Shown here one piece after another: positions 62,020 to 64,000 of a stretch of DNA of 64,000 nt; position 1 is the first letter of the stretch; each line of letters starts with the position of its first letter. The stretch spans positions 26,400,204-26,464,203 of the forward strand of contig JASCQW010000160.1 in the NCBI GenBank assembly GCA_030264375.1, read 5' to 3'. Both the position numbers and the translations under genes were made by a program. Source of the stretch: Carcharhinus longimanus. Taxonomy: Eukaryota. The notes under the pieces are model-generated. The model worked only from the letters and a program-made list of their open reading frames with translations, had not been told where the DNA came from and ran no database searches.

Positions 62020-64000
62020 TGTCATCTGACTTCATTAGTAACTGTGTAAAAAGAAGACTGTGTGCCAAAGAAGCAAATCCACTTGTNNNNNNNNNNNNNN
62101 NNNNNNNNNNNNNNNNNNNTCCACAGGGAAGTCCAGGTCTGAGGCGTTCAAGTCAGGCGACCCTGAACTACACAAGAAAGCCAGATATGATCTGCAGAGA
62201 TCCATCAAAGATGCCTAAAGGCAGTACCAAATCAGGCTAGAATCCCAGGCTAGCCACACAGATTCCCGCCAACTACAGCAAGGTCTGCAAGATGTAACAG
62301 GCTACAAGATGAAGGCAGGTAAAATTGCCGACTCCAACGCACCCCTCCCTGCTGAGCTCAATCCATTCTACGTCTGTTTTGAGCAAGAGGTCAGCATTAG
62401 CATGTCCTCCATCCCTGAAGCCTCGGGTGGATCTGTATCCGAGGTCACCACTGCCAATGTCAGAGCAGCCTTCTCAGAAGTCAACCCACGCAAAGCAACT
62501 GGCCTAAATGATGTACCCAGACGAGCACCTGGATTCTGTGTGGACCAGCTGGCAGAGGTATTCACAGACATCTTCAACCTCTCTTTACATCAATCTGAGG
62601 TCCCTATCTGCTTCAAGATGACAATATCATCCTGATACCAAAGAAAAGCCAGGTAGCGTGCCTTAATGACTATCATCCATCATTATGAAGTGCTTCAAAA
62701 GGTTAGTCATAGAGTCATAAAGTCCTAGAGGTTTACAGCATGGAAACAGGCCCTTCGGCCCAACTTGTCCATGCTACCCCCTTTTCTTTTAACCCCTAAG
62801 CTAATCCCAATTGTCCACATTTGGCCCCTATCCCTCTAATACCCATCATAGCCATGTAACTGTCCAAATGTTTTATAGTCATGGCACAAATCAATTTCTG
62901 CCTCCCAGACTGCCTAGATTCACTGCAGTCTGCCAACTAACTGGCCCTGCACTCAACCCTGGAACACCTAGGTAACAAAGACATCTACGTCAGACTCCTA
63001 TTCATAGGCTACAGCTCAGTCTTTAACACCATTATTCCTGTGAGACTCATCTCCAAACTTTGTGACCTGGGGCTCAGCACCTCCCTCTGCAACTGGATCC
63101 TAGACTTCCTAACCCACAGACTGCAGCCAGTAAGGATAGGCAGCAACCACCTCCTCCATGATCATCCTCAAACACCGGTTCTCCACAAGGCTGTGTCCTC
63201 AGCCCCTTACCATACTCCTTACACACCTCTGACTGTGTGGCCAAATTCCCCTACAACTCGATTTTCAAGTTTGCTGATGACACCACCATAGTGGGTTGGA
63301 TCTCAAACAATGATGAGACAGAGCACAGGGAAGAGAGAATCTGGTGAACGAACGTGATGAAAATAATCTCTCCCTGAATGTCAACAAAATGAAGGAGATA
63401 GTCACTGACTTCAGTAAGCGTAAAAGGAAAGCACGCCCCTGTTTACATCAATGGGGACGAAGTAGAAATAGTCAAGAGCTTCAAGTTTTTAGGTGTCCAG
63501 ATCACTAAGAATCTGTCCTGGTCCCTCCATGCCGATGCTATAGTTAAGAAAGCCCACCAACATCTCCACTTCCTCGAGAGACTAAGGAAACTTGGCATGT
63601 CTGCTACAACTCTCACCAACTTCTACAGATAGATCATTGAAAGCATTCTTTCCAGTTTTATCATAGCTTGGTATGCCCAAGACTGCAAGAAACTACAAAG
63701 GGTTGTAAACGAAACCCAGCCCATCATGCAAACCAGGCTCCCATCCATTGACACTGTCTACACTTCCCAGTGTCTCGGAGAAGCAGCCAGCATAATCAAG
63801 GACCCTGGACATACTCTCTTCCACCTTCTTCCATCAGGAAAAAAAGATACAAAAGTCTGAGGTCACGTACCAACTAACTCAAGAACAGCTTCTTCCCTGC
63901 TGCCATTAGACTTTTGAATGGACCTACCTCACATTAAGTTGATCTCTTTCTACACCCTAGCAATGACTGTAACACGACATTCTGCACTCTCCTTTTCTTC
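62020..64000 (+). mobile_element. Rex1/Babar LINE, 3' ~2 kb (RT), running to the window end; CR1 tail fragment nested at about 62710-62875
   Basis: VNPRKATG...[47 protein letters not shown] motifs. Confidence 0.9.

Overview
Eukaryotic, repeat-rich vertebrate DNA with several N gaps. The repeat content (HE1/V-SINE-like and Deu-type SINEs, CR1, Rex1/Babar, L2, RTE and Tx1 LINEs, Penelope-derived hammerhead elements, Harbinger remnants) points to a shark or other elasmobranch; this is inference. Two host genes are recognisable, both on the minus strand and in the same order as on human 11q23. One is the 3' part of a C11orf52 orthologue (exons 59544-59581 and 54497-54733, ending ENATEYATISFKPVIKYDRKNGTLV*). 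The other is the first coding exon of DIXDC1 (3298-3357, MIACLAKGNLLDVLQEGFTE), with the rest of the gene off the left edge. A CpG-rich, probably bidirectional promoter at about 32.8-33.65 kb carries an RFX X-box, GC and CCAAT boxes and many NRF1-like motifs, three of them in a 3x35-bp tandem repeat. Leftward from it run well-formed minus-strand exons that could give DIXDC1 alternative N-termini or uORFs. Rightward from it lies a spliced, degraded Mutator-like (ZSWIM3/9-type, SWIM finger) transposase that appears to lack its catalytic core. Other notable items are a gag-only retroviral-type unit with its own CRE/CCAAT/TATA promoter and poly(A) signal, an inverted hammerhead-ribozyme element with a target-site duplication, and two old inverted duplications. 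All assignments are by eye, without database searches, and repeat boundaries are approximate.
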